Notes: a model not told the origin generated them from the sequence alone. Shown: positions 10,239 to 19,920, numbered from the stretch's first letter. The stretch: DNA of 64,000 nt from Cyanobacteriota bacterium (GCA_046045965.1 JBJOKS010000001.1:183118-247117), one strand, 5' to 3'. Numbers and translations: made by a program.

Positions 10239-11135
10239 TTGGTAATTTCATCTATTACCAATAAAAATTTTGTGAGGATTGTAACATTGAATTTGTCATT
10301 AAATCAGCCAGACAACCATCAACCTCTGCGTCTTCATTGGGTGTCTGTGGTATTTTTCGGTACTATTCATGGACTAGCATTGCTGTCACCCTGGTTTTTT
10401 TCTTGGGGTGCTGTGGGTGTAACTTTGTTTCTGCACTGGCTGTTTGGCAGTATTGGAGTTTGTTTAGGTTATCATCGTTTGTTGAGTCATCGTAGTTTTA
10501 AAGTACCCAAGTGGTTAGAGTATGCGATCGCTATTTTAGGTGCATTATCTATTCAAGGTGGTCCGATTTTTTGGGTTGCTGGCCATCGCTTGCATCATGC
10601 TTACACCGAAGACGAAAACAAAGATCCCTATTCTGCTCGTAAAGGTTTTTGGTGGAGTCATATCCTCTGGATTTTTTATCCCCGTTCCGAGTTCTTTGAT
10701 TATGAGTGTTACCAGAAATTTGCACCTGATTTAGCGCGAGATCCTTTTTACATTTGGCTAAATCGTTATTTCCTGCTGCTACAAATTCCCGTTGCATTGC
10801 TACTGTATGCCCTGGGAGGCTGGTCATTTGTGATTTATGGTGTGTTTTTGAGGTCTGTGATTCTTTGGCACACCACCTGGCTGATTAACTCAGTAACCCA
10901 TATGTGGGGATATCGTACCTTTGAAAGTGATGATAATTCCCGAAATCTTTGGTGGGCTGCTATTCTTACCTACGGTGAAGGTTGGCACAACAATCATCAT
11001 GCTTATCCTCATGTAGCTAAATGTGGTTGGCGTTGGTGGGAAATTGATATTACTTGGTGGGTGATTGGATTATTGAAAACATTAGGTTTGGCGAAAAATG
11101 TTAACCTCCCACCTCATAATATCGTTTCACATTGA
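10239..11135 (+). CDS. desC: Delta-9-type acyl-lipid desaturase (DesC family)
   Basis: His boxes GYHRLLSH, HRLHH, GEGWHNNHH; exact start uncertain. Confidence 0.85.
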   Translation: MVISSITNKNFVRIVTLNLSLNQPDNHQPLRLHWVSVVFFGTIHGLALLSPWFFSWGAVGVTLFLHWLFGSIGVCLGYHRLLSHRSFKVPKWLEYAIAILGALSIQGGPIFWVAGHRLHHAYTEDENKDPYSARKGFWWSHILWIFYPRSEFFDYECYQKFAPDLARDPFYIWLNRYFLLLQIPVALLLYALGGWSFVIYGVFLRSVILWHTTWLINSVTHMWGYRTFESDDNSRNLWWAAILTYGEGWHNNHHAYPHVAKCGWRWWEIDITWWVIGLLKTLGLAKNVNLPPHNIVSH

Positions 11136-11431
11136 GGATGTTTGCAAAGTATCAAACTGAATTTATATCCCCCCTAGCCTCTTTGAACAAGGAGGAATTT
11201 AGGGGGATTTACCAGTTTTTTATACAAGAAAAAGGCAAATCATTATTGTTAGGAAATAATATCATTTAAGATGATTAAAATTGGCAATTATTATCAATAA
11301 TCAAAAAAATAATCAAGTCATCAAAACTTGATAAAAAAGTTAATTTTTATTATCAAAACTAAAAAATTTTAGGCTACTATTAAGATTAAATCACCAACTA
11401 ATTTGTAAGCAAAATTGCTGAGGATAGATTC

Positions 11432-11725
11432 ATGGCAACATTAACAGGAGTAAGATTTGGCGGTGGGACTTGGACACCTAAATTTGCTACAGAAATTGAC
11501 AAGGATAAATGTATCGGTTGTGGCAGATGTATTAAAGTATGTGGTCACAATGTTTTAGGTTTGATGGCCTTGAATGAAGAAGGTGAATTTGTTGAAGACG
11601 AAGATGATGAAGAAATTGAACGCAAAGTGATGGTAGTTGCTCATCCAGAAAACTGTATTGGTTGTGAAGCTTGTTCTCGGATTTGTCCTAAAAATTGTTA
11701 TTCCCATGCAACATTAGACAGCTAA
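11432..11725 (+). CDS. fdxB: Ferredoxin III, nif-specific (2x[4Fe-4S])
   Basis: [20 protein letters not shown] and [12 protein letters not shown], acidic linker. Confidence 0.9.
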   Translation: MATLTGVRFGGGTWTPKFATEIDKDKCIGCGRCIKVCGHNVLGLMALNEEGEFVEDEDDEEIERKVMVVAHPENCIGCEACSRICPKNCYSHATLDS

Positions 11726-12216
11726 AACTTTTGGGAATTAACTCAAGTCAGTAAATGAGAAGGAGACATTGTTTAAATCCGTAGTTCATCCTAGCCAGGT
11801 AATTAGAGGGGAATACTCAATCCTTACTTAAATTAGTTAAAACAGTTATTTAAAAATTAGTTAAAAATTAGTTAAAAAGTTCATAATAAACAAAAATATA
11901 AATTAGAAATTGTTATTACTTAACCAAATTGAAAAACAAGATTTCCGATTTCTTTGAGATGTCGGGAATTTGATTATTTCAATTTTCACCGGAGGAAAAT
12001 ATAATTTGTAATATTTCCGGGGAGAGATATGAAAAAATATGGAAGTTTCGCGATTTTTGATTAGGTGCAAGTTAAAACGGTAATAAGTGAAAATCAAAAA
12101 TGTAAGAATTCAGGAGTCAGGATTCAGGAGTTAGGAGAACGATAAATTATGACCTGTTCCCTGTTCCCTGTTCCCTGTTAAGAGTTCCCATTGATAACTG
12201 ATAGAGAACAGGTAGT

Positions 12217-13170
12217 ATGCAAAAAGTTCCTGTGTCGTTATGGACGCTGTTAGCGGGGATGATAATTTCCCCTATCAGTATTTGGATTGGTCAAAATCAT
12301 CATTTATTGCCTGTACAAGCATCGCAACAAGCACCTTTGGTAGACGGATTATTTAATATCATGTTTACCATTGCGATCGCTCTTTTCTTAGTAGTTGAAG
12401 GTACAATTCTCATTTTCCTATTTATCTATCGTCGCCGTCCAGGAGACAATAGTGATGGTACACCCGTAGAAGGTAATTTAGCCTTAGAAATCTTTTGGAC
12501 AGCAGTACCCAGCGTCATTGTAATTGTTTTGGGTATTTACAGCGTCAATATTTATAACCAAATGGGAGGTTTAGAACCAGGTAGTCATCCTCATGGCCAT
12601 GTGGCGATGGCTGCTAGTATGAATGATGGTTCTCAATCTTTAGCTGTTCCTAATATTGGTATTGGTGGTAGTCCTCAAACTCAAAATAAACCAGCAGATT
12701 TGGTAGTTGATGTTAAAGGGATTCAGTTTGCTTGGTTATTTAACTATCCCGAAACAGGTATTGCTGCTGGTGAATTACACGTTCCTGTTGGCGCTGATGT
12801 GCAGTTGAATTTATCCGCAGATGATGTAATTCATTCTTTCTGGGTTCCTCAATTTCGCCTCAAACAAGATGCTATTCCTGGTGTCCCCACAGAACTCAGA
12901 TTTGTCGCTACAAAACCTGGTACATATCCCATAGTTTGTGCAGAATTGTGTGGTGGTTATCACGGTTCCATGCGAACACAGGTAATTGTTCACAGCCAAG
13001 AAGATTTTGATAACTGGTTAACAGAAAATCAGTTAGCACAAAAGCAAGGACAGCCTCAAATTGTAGCAGTAAATCCTGCTAATTTATCAACTTCTGATTT
13101 TCTCATTCCCTATGTTAAGGATATGGGAATAAGTGCAGAGAATATTCAGTCATTAGTTATTAGTCATTAG
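12217..13170 (+). CDS. coxB: Cytochrome c oxidase subunit II (heterocyst cox2-type by synteny)
   Basis: LEIFWT, DVIHSFWVP, CAELCGGYHGSM CuA motif. Confidence 0.93.
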   Translation: MQKVPVSLWTLLAGMIISPISIWIGQNHHLLPVQASQQAPLVDGLFNIMFTIAIALFLVVEGTILIFLFIYRRRPGDNSDGTPVEGNLALEIFWTAVPSVIVIVLGIYSVNIYNQMGGLEPGSHPHGHVAMAASMNDGSQSLAVPNIGIGGSPQTQNKPADLVVDVKGIQFAWLFNYPETGIAAGELHVPVGADVQLNLSADDVIHSFWVPQFRLKQDAIPGVPTELRFVATKPGTYPIVCAELCGGYHGSMRTQVIVHSQEDFDNWLTENQLAQKQGQPQIVAVNPANLSTSDFLIPYVKDMGISAENIQSLVISH

Positions 13171-13248
13171 TCATTAGTCTTGGTTATTGGTTATTAGTAA
13201 ATGATAACCAAAAAAATCCAAAATCTAAAATCTAAAATCCACAATCGA

Positions 13249-14931
13249 ATGACACAAATAGAATTTCCACCAAATACACCACCAGAAGATAGTCAACAAC
13301 AAACTGTAATGGTGTCTCACACTCAACATCACCAAGCATGGAAATTGAAGGATTACTTCACCTTTAATATTGATCACAAAGTAATTGGGATTCAATATTT
13401 AGTGACGGCCTTTGTATTTTATTTGATTGGTGGGTTGATGGCGATCGCTATCCGCACCGAATTAGCTACACCAGATTCTGATTTTCTTGATCCAAATCTG
13501 TATAACGCTTTCATGACAAATCATGGAACAATCATGATTTTTTTATGGATCGTTCCCAGTGCAATTGGGGGATTTGGTAATTATCTAGTTCCCTTAATGG
13601 TGGGTGCTAGAGATATGGCATTTCCTAAATTAAATGCGATCGCCTTTTGGTTAAACCCACCCGCAGGTTTACTATTATTAGGTAGTTTTATTTTTGGTGG
13701 TTCTCAGTCAGGTTGGACAGCTTACCCACCTCTAAGTTTAATTACCGCCAACAACGCTCAAACAATGTGGATTTTAGCCATTGTTTTAGTAGGAACTTCC
13801 TCAATTTTAGGTTCACTTAACTTTGTCATCACCATTTTGATGATGAAAGTTCCTAGCATGAAATGGGATCAAGTTCCCCTATTTTGCTGGGCAATTTTAG
13901 CAACCTCCATCCTCGCACTTTTATCTACCCCAGTATTAGCAGCAGGTTTAATCTTGCTGTTATTTGATATTAACTTTGGCACTTCTTTCTTCAAACCAGA
14001 TGCAGGTGGTAACGTCGTTATTTACCAACATTTATTCTGGTTTTATTCCCACCCAGCGGTTTATTTAATGATTCTGCCGATTTTCGGGATCATGTCCGAA
14101 GTAATTCCCACCCATGCACGAAAACCTATTTTTGGTTATCGAGCGATCGCTTATTCCAGTGTCGCTATTTGCGTCGTTGGTTTATTCGTCTGGGTACACC
14201 ATATGTTCACCAGTGGAACACCCGGATGGATGCGGATGTTCTTCACTATTTCCACATTAATAGTAGCCGTTCCCACAGGTGTCAAAATCTTCGGTTGGGT
14301 AGCAACACTTTGGGGTGGAAAAATTCGTTTTACCACCGCCATGTTATTTGCAATTGGCTTACTTTCCATGTTCGTCATGGGTGGTTTAAGCGGCGTAACA
14401 ATGGGAACCGCTCCCTTTGATGTTCACGTCCACGATACATATTATGTAGTCGCACATTTCCACTACGTTTTATTTGGTGGTTCTGTATTTGGTATTTACG
14501 CAGGTATCTATCATTGGTTCCCCAAAATTACAGGCAGAATGATGAACGAAACATGGGGAAGAGTTCACTTTGTTCTGACATTAATTGGGACTAACTTAAC
14601 ATTTTTACCCATGCACAAACTCGGTTTACAAGGAATGCCTCGCCGAGTTGCCATGTATGACCCCCAATTTATCAGCTTAAACCAGCTTTGCACCATTGGC
14701 GCATTCATTTTGGGTATTTCTGTAATTCCCTTCGCTTACAACGCCTTTAAAAGCTGGACAGAAGGCGAATTTGCAGGTGATAATCCTTGGGAAAGTTTAA
14801 CTTTAGAATGGACAACTAGCTCCCCTCCAATTATTGAAAACTGGGAAGTTTTACCTGTCGTCACTCATGGACCCTATGACTATGGCCATAACCATGATGA
14901 ATCTTCATCGGTGACAGAAGCAATAAGTTAA
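13249..14931 (+). CDS. coxA: Cytochrome c oxidase subunit I
   Basis: DHKVIGIQY, FWFYSHPAVY (type A2), WVHHMF, AHFHYV; start moved from 13201 because the first 16 codons are repeat-derived. Confidence 0.95.
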   Translation: MTQIEFPPNTPPEDSQQQTVMVSHTQHHQAWKLKDYFTFNIDHKVIGIQYLVTAFVFYLIGGLMAIAIRTELATPDSDFLDPNLYNAFMTNHGTIMIFLWIVPSAIGGFGNYLVPLMVGARDMAFPKLNAIAFWLNPPAGLLLLGSFIFGGSQSGWTAYPPLSLITANNAQTMWILAIVLVGTSSILGSLNFVITILMMKVPSMKWDQVPLFCWAILATSILALLSTPVLAAGLILLLFDINFGTSFFKPDAGGNVVIYQHLFWFYSHPAVYLMILPIFGIMSEVIPTHARKPIFGYRAIAYSSVAICVVGLFVWVHHMFTSGTPGWMRMFFTISTLIVAVPTGVKIFGWVATLWGGKIRFTTAMLFAIGLLSMFVMGGLSGVTMGTAPFDVHVHDTYYVVAHFHYVLFGGSVFGIYAGIYHWFPKITGRMMNETWGRVHFVLTLIGTNLTFLPMHKLGLQGMPRRVAMYDPQFISLNQLCTIGAFILGISVIPFAYNAFKSWTEGEFAGDNPWESLTLEWTTSSPPIIENWEVLPVVTHGPYDYGHNHDESSSVTEAIS

Positions 14932-14943
14932 ACCGCAGAAATT

Positions 14944-15044
14944 GTAGGTTGGGTTAAGCAACAGCGCAACCCAACAAACCACCCAAAATATTGGGTTTAC
15001 TTCTGTTCTCAAATGTTGGGTTTCCTCACATCAACCCAACCTAC
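14944..15044. repeat. REP-like inverted doublet (GTAGGTTGGGTT...AACCCAACCTAC)
   Basis: Terminal inverted repeats with internal palindromes; same family at 17708-17788, degenerate at ~35411-35488 and ~7728. Confidence 0.75.
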
Positions 15045-15065
15045 ATTTATTACTAGGAAAATAGC

Positions 15066-15662
15066 ATGACTGCAATTACAACCAGTGAACATCACGAAGC
15101 TGGACACGAACATCATCCAGATTTAAGAGTTTGGGGACTATTAACTTTCTTAGTTTCTGAATCATTAATGTTTGGTGGATTTTTCGCTACCTACATATTT
15201 TTTAAAGGTACTACCGCAGTTTGGCCACCAGAAGGAACAGAAGTAGAATTATTTATTCCCACAATTAACACCATCATTCTCGTTTCTAGTAGTTTTGTCA
15301 TTCACTTAGGTGATATGGCAATTAAAAGAAATAGTGTTGGTTGGATGCGGTTTTGGTATTTTATTACCGCAGTTATGGGTGCTGTATTCCTAGCCGGTCA
15401 GGTTTATGAATACCAGAATTTAGGCTATGGTTTAACTACCAACGTCTTCGCTAATTGCTTTTATTTAATGACTGGTTTCCACGGGTTGCACGTATTTGTG
15501 GGACTGTTATTAATTTTAGGTGTTTTGTGGCGTTCTTTCCGTCGTAATCATTATTCTGCTGTTAAACATACAGGCATCGAAATGGCGGAAATTTACTGGC
15601 ACTTTGTTGATATAATCTGGATCATTCTCTTCACTTTGGTTTACATTCTGAACGCATTTTAA
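15066..15662 (+). CDS. coxC: Cytochrome c oxidase subunit III
   Basis: FLVSE, TGFHGLHV, YWHFVD. Confidence 0.93.
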   Translation: MTAITTSEHHEAGHEHHPDLRVWGLLTFLVSESLMFGGFFATYIFFKGTTAVWPPEGTEVELFIPTINTIILVSSSFVIHLGDMAIKRNSVGWMRFWYFITAVMGAVFLAGQVYEYQNLGYGLTTNVFANCFYLMTGFHGLHVFVGLLLILGVLWRSFRRNHYSAVKHTGIEMAEIYWHFVDIIWIILFTLVYILNAF

Positions 15663-15737
15663 TTTGGTAATGGGTAATTGGTAATTATACACCCATTACC
15701 TTTTACCTGATCATACATCATTCACAATTGTAAAAAT

Positions 15738-15764
15738 ATCATCCAATCACATCCTGTAAATCCT
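15738..15764 (+). repeat. 27-bp direct repeat, left copy (right copy 16458-16484), flanking a Uma2 gene
   Basis: atcatccaatcacatcctgtaaatcct identical at both positions. Confidence 0.8.
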
Positions 15765-15831
15765 TAAATCCTGAAAATCCTGATTCAGACAAATAAAATC
15801 CTGAAAATCCTGATTCTGAAATTATTTAACC

Positions 15832-16398
15832 TTAATCAAAAATCTGTGAAGCTTGTAAATTCAGACTATTAAATTGTGGAGAAATAACTAAATCATCACC
15901 AGAAAAAATCCCAATTTCATGATAAATTTCATTAATTAATTCTAAAACTAATATACTTTTGGTTTGGGGGTCAATAATCCAATATTCAGGAATGCCACAA
16001 TCTTGATACTGTAGACGTTTAGCAATAAAATCTCTATCTCTTTGTAATTCCCCAGGACTAACAACTTCAACAACCAATAAAGGTGGTAACATTGAGAGGC
16101 GAATAGTATTCCGGTTTGCTAATTGTTGAATATGCTCTTCTCTAATAATAGTCAGGTCAGGATAACGGTTTCTCGGTTCTCCTCTTACTTCCAATTCCAA
16201 ACCATGTCCCCGCACTCTATCAATGCCTATTAACAATGCAAAAATGAGAAAAAGACGATTAGCAATCTGCACATTAATTCCTGACTCTGGTGGCATTTCA
16301 ATCAACTCCCCATTAAACAATTCATACAAATTATCTGTGCCATCATCATAAGATAAATATTCTTCAAAACTTGCAAATCTATGTTTAGTTTGTACCAT
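15832..16398 (-). CDS. Uma2 family (DUF820) PD-(D/E)xK endonuclease-like protein
   Basis: [37 protein letters not shown]. Confidence 0.9.
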   Translation of the reverse strand: MVQTKHRFASFEEYLSYDDGTDNLYELFNGELIEMPPESGINVQIANRLFLIFALLIGIDRVRGHGLELEVRGEPRNRYPDLTIIREEHIQQLANRNTIRLSMLPPLLVVEVVSPGELQRDRDFIAKRLQYQDCGIPEYWIIDPQTKSILVLELINEIYHEIGIFSGDDLVISPQFNSLNLQASQIFD

Positions 16399-16550
16399 GA
16401 CATTTACTCCATGATTACTGATGGTTTAATTTTAACATTATTTATAAGTATTAAAACATCATCCAATCACATCCTGTAAATCCTGATTCTGAAAATTAGC
16501 CGTAATTCTGCTATAATTATAATCACTTCAATGTAATTGGTGACAGCATA

Positions 16551-17120
16551 ATGATTACCACTGTTGATCGTCGTTATAGTTTAGATGAATATCGCGCTAT
16601 TGAAGAAAAAGCAGAAGGACGCAACGAATATCATGATGGAGAAATTGTACCAATGCCAGGAGGATCACTAAACCATAGCCGTATCGGTCGTAATATATTA
16701 ACATATCTTACATATCTGCTGCGTGATAGTCAATTTGAGCCAATTAATAGTGATTTACGTTTATGGATACCTGAATATAGAAGGGGTTTATATCCAGATG
16801 TGATGGTTTTTGCAGGTGAACCACAACTTAATGAAAATCGCAACGATGAAGTTTTAAATCCTACCCTAATTATAGAAGTATTATCCCCCTCTACCGCAGA
16901 TTATGACCACAAAGACAAGTTTAGAATGTATCGTTCAATTAGCAGTTTTTGTGAATATTTATTAGTTGCACAAGACGAAATTTTTATAGAAAAATATAGT
17001 AAACAATCTCAAGGATGGTTATTAAGTGATTTTAATAATTTAGAAACATCTATTACTTTGGAATCAATTGGGGTTGAATTACCAATAGCAGAAATTTATC
17101 GTGGTGTTGTTTTTGATTAG
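16551..17120 (+). CDS. Uma2 family (DUF820) protein
   Basis: EYHDGEIVPMPGGS, YPDVMV, IIEVLSPST, EYLLV. Confidence 0.9.
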   Translation: MITTVDRRYSLDEYRAIEEKAEGRNEYHDGEIVPMPGGSLNHSRIGRNILTYLTYLLRDSQFEPINSDLRLWIPEYRRGLYPDVMVFAGEPQLNENRNDEVLNPTLIIEVLSPSTADYDHKDKFRMYRSISSFCEYLLVAQDEIFIEKYSKQSQGWLLSDFNNLETSITLESIGVELPIAEIYRGVVFD

Positions 17121-17211
17121 ATCCCGGACTTCTCAGATCAATCCTCTAATTCATGATAAAATTATCAAAGAAGTTGGGGATATTGGAGTTAAAAATTATG
17201 AGACAAAGATT

Positions 17212-17667
17212 ATGAAAACCACATTACCAACCTTATCAGAATCTCTCTACAATCAAGATTTTCATCTTTGGGTAGAGTCAACCATCAAAATATTACAACA
17301 AAAAAGATTTGATCAATTAGATATCGAAAATTTAATTTCTGAAATAGAAAGCATGGGGAATAATGATAAAAAATCAGTTAAAAGTAACTTGAGAATTTTA
17401 TTAATGCACCTACTAAAATGGCAATATCAACCAGAAAAAAGGACAAATAGCTGGCGTACTACAATTCAAGAACATCGTAACAGATTAGAGGATGATTTTG
17501 CGGATAGTCCTAGTTTAAGAAATTACTATTTAGAAATATTCAATGAATGTTATCAAAAAGCGAGAGATTTAGCTGCTTCAGAAACAGGTTTATCTATATC
17601 TGTGTTTCCTGGGGAATGTCCTTTTCATTCTGACTTAGTTCCCAAATCTGATTTTTTCCCAGAATAA
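17212..17667 (+). CDS. DUF29 family protein
   Basis: LYNQDFHLW, LDIENLISEIESMG, LLMHLLKWQYQ, SPSLR, CPF; start set at ATG 17212. Confidence 0.88.
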   Translation: MKTTLPTLSESLYNQDFHLWVESTIKILQQKRFDQLDIENLISEIESMGNNDKKSVKSNLRILLMHLLKWQYQPEKRTNSWRTTIQEHRNRLEDDFADSPSLRNYYLEIFNECYQKARDLAASETGLSISVFPGECPFHSDLVPKSDFFPE

Positions 17668-17707
17668 AAAGCGGGTTTTTATCTATTTGATCACTATAAC
17701 TATATAT

Positions 17708-17788
17708 GTAGGTTGGGTTGACGTGAGGAAACCCAACATTAATAAAATTTAGGGTTTGAGTTGGGTTTCGTTCCTCAACCCAACCTAC
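17708..17788. repeat. REP-like inverted doublet, second copy
   Basis: gtaggttgggttgacgtgaggaaacccaac ... gttgggtttcgttcctcaacccaacctac. Confidence 0.75.
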
Positions 17789-17885
17789 ATTTACAACCCA
17801 CATTCCGCGTTCATCCGCGTTCCTGTCCTGAAAATCCTTAAATCCTGGACATCCTGATTCAGACAATTTATCATGTTTCAAAATT

Positions 17886-18371
17886 ATGCAAACTTCCCAA
17901 AACAAATTCTCCTGGTTTGACGTATCCGATGAAGTTAAAGAACTATTGATATTAGCCGCCAAAACCTGGGAAAACACAGAAGAATCAGAAAAATATATGC
18001 AACAAGCATTAGCTAAAACAGAAGATAACACAGATGTTTTAGTAGCAGCTTACAGATATTTTTATTACAAAAATAATTATTGTTTAGCACTGACAACAGC
18101 AGAAAAAATAATTGCTAAAATTAAAGAAGTCGAGAAATTACCCGATAACTGGGAAGAACTTAAACCCATCTTAGTTCAGCGACAACAAGAAACCAACATC
18201 AGATTGTTCTTAAATGCTTATGCTGCTTCAGGTTTAGTATTAGCTAAACTAGGAAAGTTAGAAAAAGCTAAAGAAATCAGTACCCAAATTAAAGGTATTG
18301 ATGATAAAAATGATTTTGGTGCTGGTATTCTTCTGGATATTTTAACACGTCCCCCAGAAGAAGATGATTAA
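17886..18371 (+). CDS. Conserved helical/TPR-like protein of cyanobacterial nif-cox2 clusters
   Basis: All-helical, AAYRYFYY, C-terminal FGA motif; position downstream of coxC. Confidence 0.7.
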   Translation: MQTSQNKFSWFDVSDEVKELLILAAKTWENTEESEKYMQQALAKTEDNTDVLVAAYRYFYYKNNYCLALTTAEKIIAKIKEVEKLPDNWEELKPILVQRQQETNIRLFLNAYAASGLVLAKLGKLEKAKEISTQIKGIDDKNDFGAGILLDILTRPPEEDD

Positions 18372-18488
18372 TAACTCGTAATTCGTAATTATCAATACAT
18401 TTATTAAAGAGTATATATTGGGATTTATTGAATCTTGGAAACTGTGTTAATATTGGAGAAATCACTAATCACCAATCATAGAATCATC

Positions 18489-18659
18489 ATGAATAATTGG
18501 TTATCTACCCGAATTGCTGATTATACTTTCTCAGTATCTACTAATAATAACATTATCCTACCAGGACTTCCTGAATCTCCTATGGCTCCTGTAACTAAAA
18601 TGCCTCAAGCAAATCCTCCCATGCTATTTTTACCTCAAACTTCACAGTTTAGATTATAG
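18489..18659 (+). CDS. Small Pro-rich hypothetical protein (56 aa)
   Basis: ATG 18489; ends 10 nt before the cupin gene in the same orientation. Confidence 0.4.
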   Translation: MNNWLSTRIADYTFSVSTNNNIILPGLPESPMAPVTKMPQANPPMLFLPQTSQFRL

Positions 18660-18669
18660 TATATAAATT

Positions 18670-19281
18670 ATGCAAGGAAAGGATTGGTTTGTCGCTGAAA
18701 ATGGAAAGATTAAACTCTGTAAATCAGCGAGAGAATGGGATTTATTGCGTGATAATTATCGCCTATATCGGTTTCTAACTGAGATAGAAGATGTTCTCAA
18801 TAATGTTGAGGATGAATCAACTTGTCTTTCAGAAATTAGAATGTTAGTGAGACGATTGATTATTAATTCCTATTGGGTACAAAGCCAATTTTTAGAACCA
18901 GATCCAAAAACAGGAAACTCGGTTTTATTGTTATACGATGAATTAGGATTTCCCTTAACTGTGCAAACAGTGACATTTGCACCAGGAACAACTTCTAATA
19001 TTCATAATCATGGAACATGGGGAATAGTCGCAATATTAAAAGGTCAGGAAAAAAATACATTTTGGCGACGAAATCCCACCCCAGAATATCCTGATAAAAT
19101 TGAAAAAGTGGAAGAAATTGATTTATATCCAGGAGACTTAATTAGTTTTAACCCAAAGACAATACATCAAGTTCAAGCAGTGGGAGAAGAACCAACAGTT
19201 ACATTTAATATTTATGGAGAAACAGACCCCAAAACCAGATTTGAATTTGATGTAATTAACCATATTGCTAAAAAATTTTAA
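18670..19281 (+). CDS. Cupin / cysteine-dioxygenase-like protein
   Basis: IHNHGTWG and IHQV metal-binding cupin motifs. Confidence 0.85.
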   Translation: MQGKDWFVAENGKIKLCKSAREWDLLRDNYRLYRFLTEIEDVLNNVEDESTCLSEIRMLVRRLIINSYWVQSQFLEPDPKTGNSVLLLYDELGFPLTVQTVTFAPGTTSNIHNHGTWGIVAILKGQEKNTFWRRNPTPEYPDKIEKVEEIDLYPGDLISFNPKTIHQVQAVGEEPTVTFNIYGETDPKTRFEFDVINHIAKKF

Positions 19282-19400
19282 ATGTAGTTGTAAAAAACAT
19301 CAATAACAGATTATTGTGTTAAATATAATAATATCTGCGTTCATCTGCGTTGATCCGCGTTTAATTATTTTCGATCTAGAAATTAATCGGAGAAATAACA

Positions 19401-19874
19401 ATGGCCAGAGTAATTTTCTATGAAAAACCAGGCTGTAAAAACAACACCAGACAAAAAGTATTACTCACAGCAGCAGGTCATCAAGTGATAGCATATAGCT
19501 TATTAACAGAACCGTGGACAGTGGAAAGATTAAAATCATTTTTTGGCGATCGCCCCGTCATTGAATGGTTTAACAAAGCCGCACCTCGGATAAAATCTGG
19601 AGAGGTGAACCCTGAAAACATCGACGCTGAAACCGCATTAGTAATGATGCTCAGAGATCCCTTATTAATTCGTCGTCCTTTATTGGAAGTAGGAGATCAA
19701 CGGGAAATAGGCTTTGATACCGAGAAAATCGAGGCATGGATAGGCTTAAAACCCGTGGATGACTCTTTTAAAGAAATGAGTGAAAATCTCATGCAGCAGG
19801 ACCTTCAAGGCTGCGCTCATGGCAAAAATCACGAACACCACCATCATGGTGAAGGTGGTTGTAAACATCATTAA
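19401..19874 (+). CDS. ArsC/Spx-family nitrogenase-associated protein with a His-rich C-terminal tail
   Basis: FYEKPGCKNN..QK, PLLIRRPLL; tail CAHGKNHEHHHHGEGGCKHH. Confidence 0.85.
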   Translation: MARVIFYEKPGCKNNTRQKVLLTAAGHQVIAYSLLTEPWTVERLKSFFGDRPVIEWFNKAAPRIKSGEVNPENIDAETALVMMLRDPLLIRRPLLEVGDQREIGFDTEKIEAWIGLKPVDDSFKEMSENLMQQDLQGCAHGKNHEHHHHGEGGCKHH

Positions 19875-19882
19875 AAAAAACA

Positions 19883-19920
19883 AGATCCCTGACTTTTTAG
19901 ATTAGAGAAGTCGGGGATTT
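19883..19920. repeat. Dispersed palindrome (same family as 961-995)
   Basis: agatccctgactttt..agaagtcggggattt directly after a stop codon. Confidence 0.65.

Noticed and set aside
17594..18031. 145-aa minus-strand ORF
   Set aside because: Overlaps two better-supported plus-strand genes and reads through REP/STRR repeats.
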